In this document: positions 63,079 to 64,000 of the stretch, in pieces | Layout of the letters: each line of letters starts with the position of its first letter | Numbering within the stretch: the stretch's first letter is position 1 | Virus record (IMG/VR): IMGVR_UViG_3300009873_000009 | Location: 1 to 64,000 of that record | DNA length: 64,000 bases | From: a virus | Lineage: Duplodnaviria > Caudoviricetes | Reading direction: 5' to 3' (one strand) | Program-made: the position numbers and the translations under genes | Notes under the pieces: model-generated | Told to the model about the DNA's origin: nothing | Database searches by the model: none | Seen by the model: only the letters and a program-made list of their open reading frames with translations

Positions 63079-63602
63079 CAGGACGTATCATTTCCCATGA
63101 CGAGACTCTGCACGGCCTCCGCGCCGAGTCCATCACCAAGATCGACCAGCGGACGGGCAAACGCACCGTGCGCCTCCTCCAGTACCGCGGCGACCGGCGA
63201 GCTGGAGAAGAAGTAGAGGTCCGTACGGAGCAATTCCTTTCCGACGTCCAAGTCGTCTCCTCGATCTGCAAGAAGCGAGGCTTCGAGAAGGTCAAGGATC
63301 GCCGTTACAAGGACTGCTGCAAGGCATGCGGGCGTGGTCAGTCCGTTCTGTACGCCAATGCCCCGCCCGGCAGCTCCGGGCGCGAACAGCTTTGTCCCTC
63401 CTGCCTGCTCCAGCTGTACGGCAACGAGATTGACGCCGTCTTCGAGGGAGGGAACGACGTCACCCGCTCGCCGGCGGGAGTCGAGTTCGTCAAGCTGGGG
63501 CTGAGCGCCGACGGCAAGTTCATGCGGGTCCGTCATTTCAAGGAGGGGTGGGAATGGGAAGTCCCCCTCGCGCACTGGCGCTCCCGCTGGACGACGGGAT
63601 GA
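63075..63602 (+). CDS. Hypothetical protein with CxxC..CxxC zinc finger
   Basis: CKACG...CPSC; ATGA overlap. Confidence 0.65.
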   Translation: MTGRIISHDETLHGLRAESITKIDQRTGKRTVRLLQYRGDRRAGEEVEVRTEQFLSDVQVVSSICKKRGFEKVKDRRYKDCCKACGRGQSVLYANAPPGSSGREQLCPSCLLQLYGNEIDAVFEGGNDVTRSPAGVEFVKLGLSADGKFMRVRHFKEGWEWEVPLAHWRSRWTTG

Positions 63603-63619
63603 GGGGGGTTAAAGCCCCC

Positions 63620-63649
63620 TTGTGCTACAAATGTTAGATTTGTTAGACT
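63620..63649 (+). promoter_or_regulatory. Putative sigma70-like promoter TTGTGC-N18-TAGACT (copy 2)
   Basis: Shares TTGTGCTACAAATGT..GATT.GTTAGACT with 59824. Confidence 0.6.
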
Positions 63650-63693
63650 CGGGCTCCGAGTTGTTCCATAACTTCATGCCAAGGAGTTTCGTC

Positions 63694-64000
63694 ATGCCTA
63701 CGCTGGAAGCCGACGTGGCCACGCTCACCGCCGAGCGGGACCAGTTTCTCGACATGCTGAACGCAATGGCTGTAACACTGGCCGGCATGAAGCTGCCGCT
63801 GAGCGGGACGTTCTCATTCCGGCGCGAGGATGCGGCAGCGACATTGCGTGACATTGTGCGGCATCTGGAAGGCGAGTGGCAGAAGATCACCGCCGAGCGG
63901 GACGCGGCTGTAGCCGAAGTGGAGGAGGCGTGCCGCCTTAATTGTGAGATGAAAGAGCTATTCGACCAAGTGTGCGACGAGCGGGACGCCTCGCGTGCGG
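63694..64000 (+). CDS. 3'-truncated coiled-coil protein
   Basis: AAGGAG RBS; MPTLEADVATLTAERD...ITAERD..., open to the window end. Confidence 0.7.
   Translation, partial: MPTLEADVATLTAERDQFLDMLNAMAVTLAGMKLPLSGTFSFRREDAAATLRDIVRHLEGEWQKITAERDAAVAEVEEACRLNCEMKELFDQVCDERDASRA

Noticed and set aside
1-64000. Integrase, repressor, transposase or stop-codon reassignment
   Set aside because: None is recognisable in this window. All three stop codons end genes normally and conserved genes are uninterrupted.

Overview
This window is about 64 kb of a GC-rich tailed dsDNA phage genome (siphovirus-like). The host is possibly a planctomycete, which is an inference only. (1) 1-21.5 kb, + strand: a 7-deazaguanine DNA-modification cluster (queD, queE, queC, a Gpt-like PRTase fused to FolE, dpdA), five short tandem paralogues, then a replication/recombination module (sliding clamp, PolA split over three genes, DnaX-like clamp loader, UvsY-like, gp32-like SSB, RecA, resolvase, split SbcC plus SbcD). 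(2) 21.5-57.3 kb, - strand: a late operon with terS, terL, portal, multidomain MuF, holin and secreted proteins, DUF2213 protease/scaffold, decoration protein, major capsid, neck and tail genes, G/GT frameshift chaperones, tape measure, a Cys/Thr mucin-like tail protein and two glycosyltransferases. (3) 57.3-58 kb: a non-coding switch region with direct repeats and G-tracts. (4) 58-64 kb, + strand: early genes, punctuated by five type II hammerhead ribozymes, and a MoxR/VWA pair. The strongest novelty candidates are an apparently split DpdA followed by five alternative N-terminal modules, the ribozyme-punctuated early operon, a probable virion O-glycosylation system, and an HTH-like domain shared between MuF and an early gene. 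All protein family calls come from motif recognition by eye; no searches were run.
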